Below, piece after piece: positions 26,110 to 37,666 of a stretch of 64,000 bases of DNA (position 1 is its first letter; the number at the start of each line of letters is the position of its first letter). A program made the translations under genes and the position numbers. The stretch comes from Piromyces finnis finn (lineage: Eukaryota > Fungi > Neocallimastigomycota): NCBI GenBank assembly GCA_002104945.1, contig MCFH01000069.1, forward strand, positions 124,001 to 188,000, read 5' to 3'. The notes under the pieces are model-generated. The model saw only the letters and a program-made list of their open reading frames with translations, made no database searches and was not told the origin of the DNA.

Positions 26110-28356
26110 TTTTATGAATTTACGATTAATATCTTATTAACTTAAAAATCATATAAATAGAATTATTTTTGAAAGATAGATAGATCCATTTAAATTTCTT
26201 TTAAATAATAAATAAGGTTTATTAAGAAGGGTTGATTTTAATATTTCTATGGATGCTTTACATGGATAATAATCTTCATTATCCCATACACCATAGATAA
26301 TAACTTTTTTATTGTTTTCATTCATAATACTATAATGATATGCAGTTATATTTTTAATATTCTTACATAAAAAAGAAAATGATGGTAGTGTATTGTATAA
26401 TTCATCATTATCTTTTATTATTGGTATTGTTGGTATTATTTCTGAATAAATCGATCTCTATAAATATACCTTTTCATCTGGAAATTCCTTTTCTGTTATT
26501 AAAACTGTTTTATTATCTGAAATATATTGTTTAATGTATTTAGTTAATGTAGCATTATCTATGATTGAAATTGAATTTTTTTTATACATAGAAAATATAG
26601 CTTGTACAAAATCATCATTAAAATTGAACAAACTCTTATTTGAACTTACTACATATTCATATCTGTAATTAGGAAGTGTAAATAATTTACATGTGTTTAA
26701 CATTATTATTAAAAAGGGAAAAGAAGAATTACAATTGTAGACATAATCAAAAACACAATATGGATATATATTCATATTATTATCTACTGAAAAAGAAAGT
26801 ATATTAATATCATTGTAACTATAATTCTCATTTATTAGTTTTAATTGTTTATTCTTAAACTTTTCCTTTATACGATTTATTAATTTCTGTTGACTAGGAA
26901 TATTAATGTATTTATTACAATTAGAACATATTATAAATTTATTATTTATTTCTGGAATATCAAAATATTGTCTATATAAACCTTGTAATTCATAACCATA
27001 AGAAATAAATAAATTGGAAGGAAATTTTCCTTTACAATGTTTGTCTAGTTTATAAGCTATATTAAAATAAACAGATGTTTCTTTTTCTTTGTACTTTCTT
27101 ATCACTTTAACACATTTAGGAACAACATTTAATTCTGATACTGAATCAAATAATATCTTTTTATCATGAAATACAAAGTTATTATCAATAGAATTTTTAT
27201 TTGTTGAAAGAATGATTTTATATCCTGAATTTTCTGGTGATCTATAATAATTATTATTCCACTGTACATACGGTATATTATTCTTAATACATTCCTCTTT
27301 ATCAGTAATTACTTGTAATACCTTATCCTTATTATTATTAAAATATCTAGTATAATATTTTCCAAATAATCGATTATAATTTATTTTTAATGGAATATTT
27401 AATACTTTATTTTTTTTATAATAGTTTGCATGAAAATCAATATATAATAAATAAAGATATTTTAATATTTTTTTAACAGTCATATACATATACCATTCTA
27501 ATTCTTGAAATTGAATAATTTCTGTAAATTGTTTATACTTGTTATAAAGTTTCATATTCAATGACTGCTTAAAAATATTTATTGTATATACTAATTTTTC
27601 TTTATTTTTTATTATATCTTCATTCTCATCGGTATATATATAGGGATATAAAGAATATTCATATAACATCAAATCAAACAATTGGAAATTTATATTTATT
27701 GGGTATGTAAAAGAAACAATACTTGGTTTGAATCTAATTAGTATTTGGTCACTTGAATAATTTAAACATGGTAATAATTTACAAATAATATTATCATAAG
27801 TATCTCTTTCATAAAATGTTATTTTATTTCCAGTGATTTTTATACTATCATGACAACATTTAATAATTATGAAATTATCTGAATCTTTAACATCCTTATT
27901 TTTATCTTCTGCAATTAATAATTGATTATATTGATACGTTTCAATATACCTTTTATTAAAGTAATGATAGTAATTTATTCTTTTGGTAAAAGCAGTTACA
28001 TATTGACAAGAACTTGGTAAATCTAACTTTATTATTTTATTATAAATATCTTTAAGAATATATGAAGGAATGTTTATAGATATATAAAATTTTGTTTATG
28101 TTGTATCTTTCAAATAAAAATTATATTTAAATATTTTTTCAAAGCATATTTTTTCCAAAGTATTAATAAGTAAAATATTATTTAGATTGCCATTTATATT
28201 ATTATTGCTATATTCAATAGTATATTGATCTTTCGTAAGATTATTACAATTAATAACCCTTATTCCTTCAAAAAATGAAAAATATTCATTATTAATTATT
28301 ATTTTATGTTCATTTGATAAACATTTTTCATTTTGTAGTAATTGAATAATATCCAT
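26110..28356 (-). pseudogene. Long intronless N/K/Y/I-rich ORF of unknown, possibly viral, origin
   Basis: ORFs 28096-28356 and 26458-27681 are in one frame; I translated the gap and it is open apart from the TAA at 28096-28098. The frame continues past the TAG at 26458, then shifts. No family recognised. Confidence 0.6.
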
Positions 28357-28727
28357 TAATTATTAATTAATTTTATATTTAATAAAAATTAAAAAATTAT
28401 TTTATTAAAATATAAATTATAATGTATACTAATCATTTTATAATTGTGGATATTTATTTATTAATTTATTATTATTATGTAAAACTATAAATAAAGGTAT
28501 GATAAATATAAGTAAATATTTAAATTATAATATATTATATATTATACTAACTAGTTAAAAGTAATATAGTTAACATTTTTTAACAACACTTTTTTGATAA
28601 AATTATATAAAAAAGTATTATATTTAAAGATAATATTGATTTAAAAATAAATAGTTTATTTAAAAATAATATTAATATTTTTTATAAATTAAAAGTTTTT
28701 ATTTAATAGTGTAATAGTTCAACTTGG

Positions 28728-30720
28728 TAATTACAAATTATTATAAAATATATAATATAATATTTACATCTATATTAAACATAGTTTATTTATATAATAA
28801 ATAAATGATGTTTAAATGTATTTACATTCATTTGAATTATAAAATAAAATATTAAAAAATAAAAGTTTAGTTTAATTAAATATATATCATAGTTTCTATT
28901 TAATGTTGTTATTGTATTTAGCATGATGTAATTATATGTACATATTATTTTTAATGAATTATCTATTATGATAATATATAAATCTATAAAAGAAAATATT
29001 AAGGTTATATAAATATAAAATTAAATCTTTCAATAAAATAAAATATTACATATTTTATAAATATATAAATAATTATTTCATTAATGCAAATTATATAATG
29101 TCTAAATAATTATTATTTATAAATATATAAAATATAAAAAATAGCATTTTAAATATTTTATTTTATTTTTTTATTATAAGTTATAATAAGATAATGTAAT
29201 ATTAAAATAATTAAATAATTAATATTTCAGTTAATTTAGATTTATAGAATATTCTATTTATTATATAAATAATAGTGTAACAATTTATTGAAATATGATT
29301 GGTTTTAAAATATTTTATAAATTTTAAAAAAAATAATTTTAAAAATATAATTTCTTCTTAATTATAATTAAAAATATTTTAAAAATATTTTGATATATTA
29401 ATAGAATAAAATATTTATAATTATATTATTAAATGTTAAATTAAACTGTTAATTAATATAAGATTAATTAAGTTTCAAGATTTATTTTATATAATTTTTA
29501 TAAAATAAAATGAAAAACATTATTTTCTTGGTATTTACATATATATTTTGTATTTTGTTTTTTCAAAATGGATATACTCATATTATAGCCATTGAATTAG
29601 ATAATATTCTAACCATTGAATCAGATTATATTCCTTATGAATATATTTATCATTTAAATGTGACTACTAATTCTATTGAATGCGTATTTTGTGATACAAC
29701 CATATGTAAAGGTTCATATTATTTTAAAGCTGACAGATATTTTAATTTACCATTTATTGAAATTCCAATTAATACTAATACTTTACGATTAAACGACAAC
29801 AATACAGATTGCGGAATATGTAATTTTTCGGAAATTCAATTCAACAGGTATATTTTGCATCCATATGTTCGGTATCTTGATCCTATTATAAGCAATAATA
29901 CTTCAACTGAATGTAATAAAGATGCTCAATGTTTTACAAATAAATGTGTAAACCATACTTGTAAATTCAATGAAAATAATATTATCACACGTCTTCGATA
30001 TGGTCGTAAGGGAAGATTTATTGGAGATCCTTGTGTGAATGATAATGATTGTTCAGAAGGTGAATGTAATGGAGAGTGCTACAGACCTATTGATGAAGTT
30101 GAAGGAAAAGATGAAGTTGAAGGAAATGGTGAATTACGTAGTTTACACTCTTTATATAATTTTTTGTATTGTTTGGGATTTTTGATTTTTATTGCAAATC
30201 TTGGAATTTGTTATTGTTGTTGTTCTTGCTTTTTTAAATATAAAGATGCTAAATCTTCTAAAAAATTTAATAATGTTTAAATTAAATCTATTAAATATAT
30301 TCAATAAATTTAATATGTAAAAGAAATTTAGTGAGTATTTTTTAAAAATAAATTTTATTAACAATTCAAACTATAATGAAATATTAATTTCATTATTAAT
30401 TTAATTCTTATATATAAACTAACATTAAGTATTATATATAAACATTATATATAAATATAAACATTATATATATATATATATTATAATAATTAAATAAGAT
30501 ATTATTTAAATATGTATTTAAATATAAAATGATTTTTTATGTTTTTAATTTATAAAAAAAAGTTATTTAAGATAACTATAAATATTAATCCAATAAATAA
30601 TATAATTTCTAAATTCGAAATTATAGACTCATAAAATGATATTTTTTTCTGCTATTATTGCAATTGCACTAGTTAGAAATGTGTTGGGTGTAAAAGATCA
30701 AGATCAATATTATGAATTAG
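28728..30720 (+). repeat. Segmental duplication; inverted copy at ~61843-64000 runs off the window end
   Basis: 28728-29085 matches the reverse complement of 63643-64000 (one mismatch seen). The 29510 gene matches 62196-62942, and the start of the 30636 gene matches 61843-61918. Confidence 0.92.
29510..30280 (+). CDS. Cys-rich single-pass membrane/secreted protein
   Basis: 256 aa; signal peptide; C-x5-C-x4-C-x4-C modules (CNKDAQCFTNKCVNHTC; CVNDNDCSEGECNGEC); C-terminal TM segment followed by a Cys cluster. Confidence 0.8.
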   Translation: MKNIIFLVFTYIFCILFFQNGYTHIIAIELDNILTIESDYIPYEYIYHLNVTTNSIECVFCDTTICKGSYYFKADRYFNLPFIEIPINTNTLRLNDNNTDCGICNFSEIQFNRYILHPYVRYLDPIISNNTSTECNKDAQCFTNKCVNHTCKFNENNIITRLRYGRKGRFIGDPCVNDNDCSEGECNGECYRPIDEVEGKDEVEGNGELRSLHSLYNFLYCLGFLIFIANLGICYCCCSCFFKYKDAKSSKKFNNV

Positions 30721-33140
30721 ATGGTACAACAACTAAAGCTTATTTACTTATTGGTGAAGATGATTATAGTAAAGTGTATATTTGTAAACAATGTGATACA
30801 GGTATTTTTACTGATGATATATATGATTGCTATCTTAGAAATGAGCATACTGATAAGAAATTTGGTCCAAGAAGTAGAGATGATCCTGGTGATTGTAAGA
30901 CTAAAGGTTATGTTGATATTAATAGAAATAAGTGTTATTTTACAAATACTGGAATTGGCGGTGAAACTTACAATAAGATGCTTACCATAGATAAGGTTCC
31001 TTATTATGATATTGATTTAACAGATAAGCGTGCTTTAACTGAATATGGATGGTGTACATTTAAAATTAATGACAACGATATTCAATGAATAACTAAAATT
31101 ACGGATGATAATATACAAATTAATCAACTTAACATTCCTGGAACTTATGATAGTGGAACATATGCAATAGGAGATACTGGTGTTAATATTTATAATGCTC
31201 GAGTAAGTCTTGGTAGAACTCAAGAATTAAATATTTTTGAACAAATGATGAATGGAATCAGATATTTTGATATAAGAATTGAAACAAACAAAAATAAGGA
31301 AATATATCTTTCGCACCTTGTATTTGATTGTATGAATAGAGATACAGGAAAGAAATATTATTTAAAAGATGTATTTGATGAAGCTATTGTATTTCTAGGT
31401 AATAATCCAGGAGAAACCATTATTATTCATTTAAAAAATTAAAATATTCAAGCAGGTAAACCCATAGAATATCCTGATTATATGCATGGTTCAATAACTA
31501 CAATTCCATATGGATTTGAAACATATGAAGAAGTATACAAAGCAATTGCCAATCTCAGTATATTAAAAACTGTTCCTACTTCTTTCTTCAAATCATATAA
31601 AGAGTTTTTCTATAGTGGAAAGGAAAGTTTTCCAAAACTTGGTGATGTAAGAGGCAAAATAATTTTATTAACGCGTAAAAAATGGATGTATGGTAATAAT
31701 ATAGATGAATATATAGGAAATGAAATTAATATACCAAATATGGGTAGTTGTGAAGAATATCCAGTTTCTGATAAAGAATATATGAAAAAATGTTATCCTC
31801 ATATTCATAATAATAACCATAATATACTTGTTCAAGATAATTATGATTTACAAACAGGAAAACCAAAACTTGTTGAAAATCTCTTGGATCATAAAGTTCC
31901 AATTATACTTAATGATATTGAATATGCTGCAAATAATAATTTTACTAATTCTTTTTATGATTCAAAAAATCCAAAAACTCTTACTATTGATTTCATGAAC
32001 ATACAAGCTGATATGTTTAATTTAATAAGTTTAGAACATAATGCTGATGTAATGAACTATTTTTTATCAAATTATATTAAAGAAGATACAAAATTTCATA
32101 ACCATTGGTTTATTCTAGATTATCCTACTAATGATTTAGTACGTAAAATATACAAAAGTATGGGTACAATTACATTAGTCAAAAGAAATAAATCCACTAA
32201 TATTGTTGGAATAGATGATTTTGTTATGTATACAGATTTTGATTATTATATAGTATCTGCAGAAAATGCTTGTTTACAACGTAGAACGGTGAAAACTCAA
32301 CAAGGATATGAAGTAGAATTTATTAAAACCAATTTCAAATGCGTTGACAACAAAAAGAACAAATGGCGTATTATGCCAATAGGTAATTATTATAACATTA
32401 AATCTTCATATGATGCTAAATGTTTAAGCTATTCTAATAATAAATTATCAGTAAATTATTGTGATAATAGTCAAAATATGCAATTTAGTATTATGAATGG
32501 AAATATTTGTTCACGCAATAGTAGTTACTGTTTAAATAGTAAATTCCAAATTAAACCCACAATTATAAATCCAGCAAGATATCAATATTTAACTTGCTCT
32601 TCAAATTATATTAAGGCTGGATATAACTGTTGCCGTAATCAATATGCTAAAGTTGAAAAAGTTGATAATTATGGTAACTGGGCTAAAGAAAATGGTGAAT
32701 GGTGTGGTATTGGGTATGAAAGATGTTCATTTGAAGTATTAGGATATCATTGTTGTTCATCTGTTAATCCAAATAAATGTATTCATTCCAATGGTGTACT
32801 TAATGATAATATTACCTTGAATGAATGTGATTACTCAGAATATTTTCTCTGGGATGTTCCATATACACATGATGATTATTTCCACTTAAAATTTAATAAT
32901 GATCATTGTCTAATGCTTGCCGATGATCTTTCCTTAATTTTAGGTATTTGTGGAAATGAAAGAACTAAATTTTATCGTAATAGTAATTATATTATGTCTC
33001 CATTATATAAAAATATGTGTATTACATTAGATACTAATAATACTTTAGTTATGACTGATTGTAATGAATTTAATAATAATACTCAATTATATTACTTTAA
33101 TCTTTGGAATGAGAATTCTATTGAATTAAATGATAATTGA
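30636..33140 (+). pseudogene. Secreted PI-PLC X-box-like protein with ricin-type repeats and fungal dockerin; two in-frame stops
   Basis: ORFs 30636, 31245 and 31482 share one frame (stops at 31086-88 TGA and 31440-42 TAA). IPGTYDSG..RTQ..EQMMNGIRYFDIR..GETIIIHLK are X-box motifs. Dockerin CSSNYIKAGYNCC...DNYGNWAKENGEWCGI at ~32595-32711, plus a truncated second copy. Confidence 0.82.
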
Positions 33141-33233
33141 ATATTTAAATTAAAATAATGTTTATAAAATAAAATAAAAAATATATAAATTTAGATATAG
33201 ATTAGAAGTTAGTTAATATTAGTTTTCAACTAC

Positions 33234-34852
33234 AAATTGAATTAGAAAAGAAAAATAATGATGAATTTCTGAAAATAAAAGAAATTAAATTAAAAAAAAT
33301 AGACTCTGAAAAATTTCAGAAAGTAAAAAAGATTGAATTAAAAAAAAATGGAATATGAAGAATATCAGAAAGAAAAAAAAGATAAAAAAACTATAGAGAA
33401 TATCAAAAAAAAAAATATCATACTTTATATTTTGATTTTTCCAAATTTGTCACCAAATATAAAGAAATGGATAATTATTTAAAATATATAAATAAAAGAT
33501 TTAAAAACGATATTGAAAATTTATTTCCAGGTCTTAAATTATTAAATGAAGATATGTATTAATATAATTGATAATATAAAAGATTTATCTTTTGAATTAA
33601 AAAAAAAGGTTTATATTAATTATTGATGAATGGGATTATACGATTAATGTAAAATTTTCTGATCTTGAGGAAATAGACAAAGATAAAAATAAGGAAGAAT
33701 ATAAGAAGGAGATAAAAAATGTTAATGCTTTTATTAAAGACTATATTTTTTTTTAAATTACTTAAAAAAAATATAGTCTTTAATAAAAGCAATAAGTAAT
33801 TTAATAAAAGGTCAATCATGTTTCGCTTTTGTTTATATGACAGGAATATTACCAATAGCAAAGCAATCAAATCAATAATCACTTAGTTGTTTTAATGAGT
33901 ATTCTATGTTGAACGATAAAATATATTATAAATATTTTGGTTTTACAGAAGAAGAAGTTCGACTTCTTTGTATAAGAAATAAAATAATAAAATATGATGA
34001 TTTAGAAAAGTGGTATAATGGATATAAAAGTTATAATGGTGAAAAAATATTCAACACATGGTCAGTATTTCAAGTATTAAAATGTAATTCGATTAATAAT
34101 TATTAGACAGAAACAGGACGCTTTGCGGATGTATCAGATATAATAAACTTTAAAATAAATAGTGTAAAGGATGAAATTTTAGAATTAATTAAGAGGAAAA
34201 AAATAGCCACAGAATTAGAAAATTATGGAGTAGAAGATATACAAAAGGATTTAAAGGGAAAGGGAAAAAGTAATGATGAAATGAAAAAAGAATTATATTC
34301 AAAAATGGTTGCTTTTGGATTTTTAACCTATTATAATAAAAAAATTTCTATTCCAAATGAAGAATTGAAAGAAAAATTCATAAAAGTTTTAAATAGAAAA
34401 GATGATGAGACAGAATATTATTATGAATTAATTAAAAATTCAAAAAAAAATATTGGAAAGTACATTAAAAAATGACAACAAAAGGTTTAAGAAAATTATT
34501 AGAAGAAGTACAAGAGAAAAAAAAAAAAGCAGAAGACAAAATTGATCATGGTAATTTAAAACGAGTTATTGATTTTGCATACTTTTCAGCAAATGAAATC
34601 TATGAAATTAAAGAGAAAGAAAGAAGCGGCGAAGGATTTGTTGATTATATCTTTTATCCTAAAAATAGGAGAGAAAAAATAATTATAATAGAATTAAAAT
34701 TATATGGTTCAACAAAGAGAGTAATTAGTCAAATATACGAAAATAGATATTTTAATAATATTGAAAAAGCATATACAGGAAATATTTTATTAGTTGGAAT
34801 AAATTTTAACAAGCCAAGTAAAAATTATTCTTGTATAATAATAAAAATGTGA
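33234..34852 (+). pseudogene. Bacterial-type AAA-ATPase-like plus PD-(D/E)XK nuclease gene (DUF1703/PDDEXK_9-type), fragmented
   Basis: LIIDEWDY (Walker B), YMTGILPIAK, YFGFTEEEV, KWYNGY, FNTWSV, NY*TETG, GEGFVDYIFYP..IIIELK..QI..NRY. Multiple stops and A-run frameshifts; N-terminus with Walker A not seen. Confidence 0.85.
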
Positions 34853-34859
34853 TCGTATA

Positions 34860-35324
34860 ATGGAAATTAAATCACTTAAAAAATCTAATAATGTACAAGC
34901 AAATATTAGTGAAATAGAAGAAATGATATCATCTGTAAAATCTAGAAATAATGAAGGTGAAATTAGATCTAATTGCAGAATTGATAAACGTAATAATACA
35001 GAAGTGAATGCTAATGAATTGGAGTATATATTACATGAAGCACATAAAGAAAGGTTTAGGTTTAGAAATAACAAAAAAAAGCATGTATCATCTATAAAAT
35101 TTGGATATAATGAAAGAGAAACTGAATCAGATTATAGAGTTGATAAGCCTAATAGTATAGAAGTAGATGTTAGTGAATTAGAATATATAATACCTGAAGA
35201 AGGTTTTGGAAATAATAAAAGAAAGTCAGAACAGGTATCTTTTAAAGAATCTGGAAATAACAAAAGAAAACATTTATCATCTAAAGAGTCTAAAAATAAT
35301 GAATCTAAATGTCTGGTTAAATAA
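34860..35324 (+). CDS. Charged low-complexity ORF, probably the tail of the AAA/PD-(D/E)XK gene
   Basis: 154 aa directly after the nuclease; internal duplication RxDK..xEV..ELEYI..E..F.NNK.K. Confidence 0.35.
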   Translation: MEIKSLKKSNNVQANISEIEEMISSVKSRNNEGEIRSNCRIDKRNNTEVNANELEYILHEAHKERFRFRNNKKKHVSSIKFGYNERETESDYRVDKPNSIEVDVSELEYIIPEEGFGNNKRKSEQVSFKESGNNKRKHLSSKESKNNESKCLVK

Positions 35325-35745
35325 TTAAGTGAAAAGAGTGTATTTGATATTTTATATTATTTTATTATATTATATATGTATTATAGTTTTTTATAAAAAA
35401 AATTAGATATAAAATATTTTTATGCATTATTATTTTGAATATTACTTTAATAATAAATGGTCGAATAACGAAAACTATCTTTTTTTTACTAATGTAATAT
35501 AATTTTATATTTTAAAAAATACAATGAATTAAATATGCTTATATATATTATTTAATTAATATTAATAATATATTTTATATTATATATTTTATAATGAAAA
35601 AAAAAAACTTTTTATAAAAAAGAGTAAATAGTACTTTAAAAATATTTAATAAAAAAAATTGTAGTACTTACTATACAAACATAAAAAGTACCTAAAATAT
35701 TTTCTATAAAAATAAAGTATTATTGAAATATAAAAATCTAATAAA

Positions 35746-37666
35746 ATGAACTTTAACATTTTATTTCTAATCTTTAATACTTTATTGTTTTTAAACTCTG
35801 TAAGTACCAAAAAATGTTACGTTAAAAAAAAAAAATATCAAAAATGAAAATAATAAAAATGGAAATGTTTTAAATTTAACAGTGAATAAAAACTCCGTTT
35901 TCACAAAAACAGTTTCTTATGACATATTATCATCTTCCGAAACAGAATTAGAAGATGAATTTTTAGACATAAGCAAAGCTTTACCAACTTCTACTACTGA
36001 AGATGATATTATGGAAAGTTTACCAACAACATCTACTACTGAAGATGACACTATGGAAAGTTCATCAACTTATACTACTGAAGATGTCACTATGGAATGT
36101 TCATCAACTTCTATAATTGAAGATAGTACAATGGAAAGCTCACCAACAACTTCTATTACTAAAACTAGCACTATAGAAAGTTCATCAACTTCTATAATTG
36201 AAGATAGTACAATGGAAAGCTCACCAACAACTTCTATTACTAAAACTAGCACTATAGAAAGTTCATCAACTTCTATAATTGAAGATAGTACAATGGAAAG
36301 CTCACCAACAACTTCTATTACTAAAACTAGCACTATGGAAAGTTCATCAACTTCTATAATTGAAGATAGTACAATGGAAAGCTCACCAACAACTTCTATT
36401 ACTAAAACTAGCACTATAGAAAGTTCATCAACTTCTATAATTGAAGATAGTACAATGGAAAGCTCACCAACAACTTCTATTACTAAAACTAGCACTATAG
36501 AAAGTTCATCAACTTCTATTACTAAAACTAGCACTATAGAAAGTTTACCAACAAATTATTGTAAAAACGAAATAACTATTGATAATTCAAACTTTAATAT
36601 AGTTTACTTTCAAGAAAATATAATGTATGATAAATGTATATTATCAGATTTTTACTTTAATGAAAAAACTTTCAATATTAATTCGATAATGTACTGTGGA
36701 AAATTATACTTGAACGATAATGTAGAAAAGTACAATATAACCATAGAAAAAAATCTTTCAATTCAATTTGGAATTTATATTATGGAAATAGAAAAGGTAT
36801 ATGAAGTTAAAATGGTTAATAGCTCAAACGAAAAATTGTGTATTGATTTAAAGGGAAAACAAAATTTGGAGTATAAAAAAGAAAAAAAAGATGATTTCGT
36901 ATTATTAAGTTATAAAGAAGAATCTAGTTTATTTATTACTAATAAATATAATGAAATAATTAAAAAGGATTGTTTAAATGAAATTGAATACAAGGTTAAA
37001 CCTTCACTTATATCCTCTGTTAAAGAAGATTTATGTGGTAAGGAAGAACATTTATTAAAAATCAAAGACTTAATAAATAAAAACAAAAATAGTGTAAACA
37101 CATCAATCACTGTTACAACTAAAATTCCGGAACCTACTAATGTACCAGTAAATAAATGCAATGATAAAATTAATAGTATTACTTATGCCGAAATAGAAAA
37201 CAAAACATTTAATTTTGGAGGATATGTTATATATAATAAAAACTTATGTAAAGTTAACTTAGTTTCAAATGGTCCTATGAACTATTATACATTAAATCCA
37301 TATAATCAAAAAGTTCAAATTAATGGATTTATCGAATGTCTTTATTATGATGATGATGGTGAAGAAATTAAGTATGATAAAAAGATAATAATTGAAAGTC
37401 TTAATGGTGCTAGAAAATATGAAATTTTAAGTAATATTAATCCATATGCTGATTATATTTTCTTTGAACCTTTTAAATATACTAGTACAACAAACTTATC
37501 TACTAATGATTCCCTTCCAGATTTTAGTAGAGGAAAATTTTCAATGTATAATTATATCACTTATTATAATGACAAAGAAAAACAGGAAGAAATTGGTAGT
37601 ATAAAAGCTAGTTGGATTTACAACGTTTTTGTTGGTGATAATGATGATGTTTGGATTACATGCTAA
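35746..37666 (+). CDS. Secreted protein with N-terminal KKCYVK motif, Ser/Thr mucin-like repeats and unknown C-domain
   Basis: ATG at 35746 gives signal peptide MNFNILFLIFNTLLFLNSVST-KKCYVK. Deleting one A from the A12 run (35824-35835) joins it to ORF 35882-37666 (639 aa); probably a homopolymer error. Confidence 0.8.
36101..36540 (+). repeat. 81-bp coding tandem repeat (27 aa, SSTSIIEDSTMESSPTTSITKTSTIES), 5 copies plus a partial
   Basis: Units start at 36101, 36182, 36263, 36344, 36425 and 36506. Confidence 0.95.

Noticed and set aside
6620-36540. 24-bp and 81-bp repeat arrays as possible CRISPR
   Set aside because: Head-to-tail coding repeats with no unique spacers and no cas genes, in a eukaryotic context.
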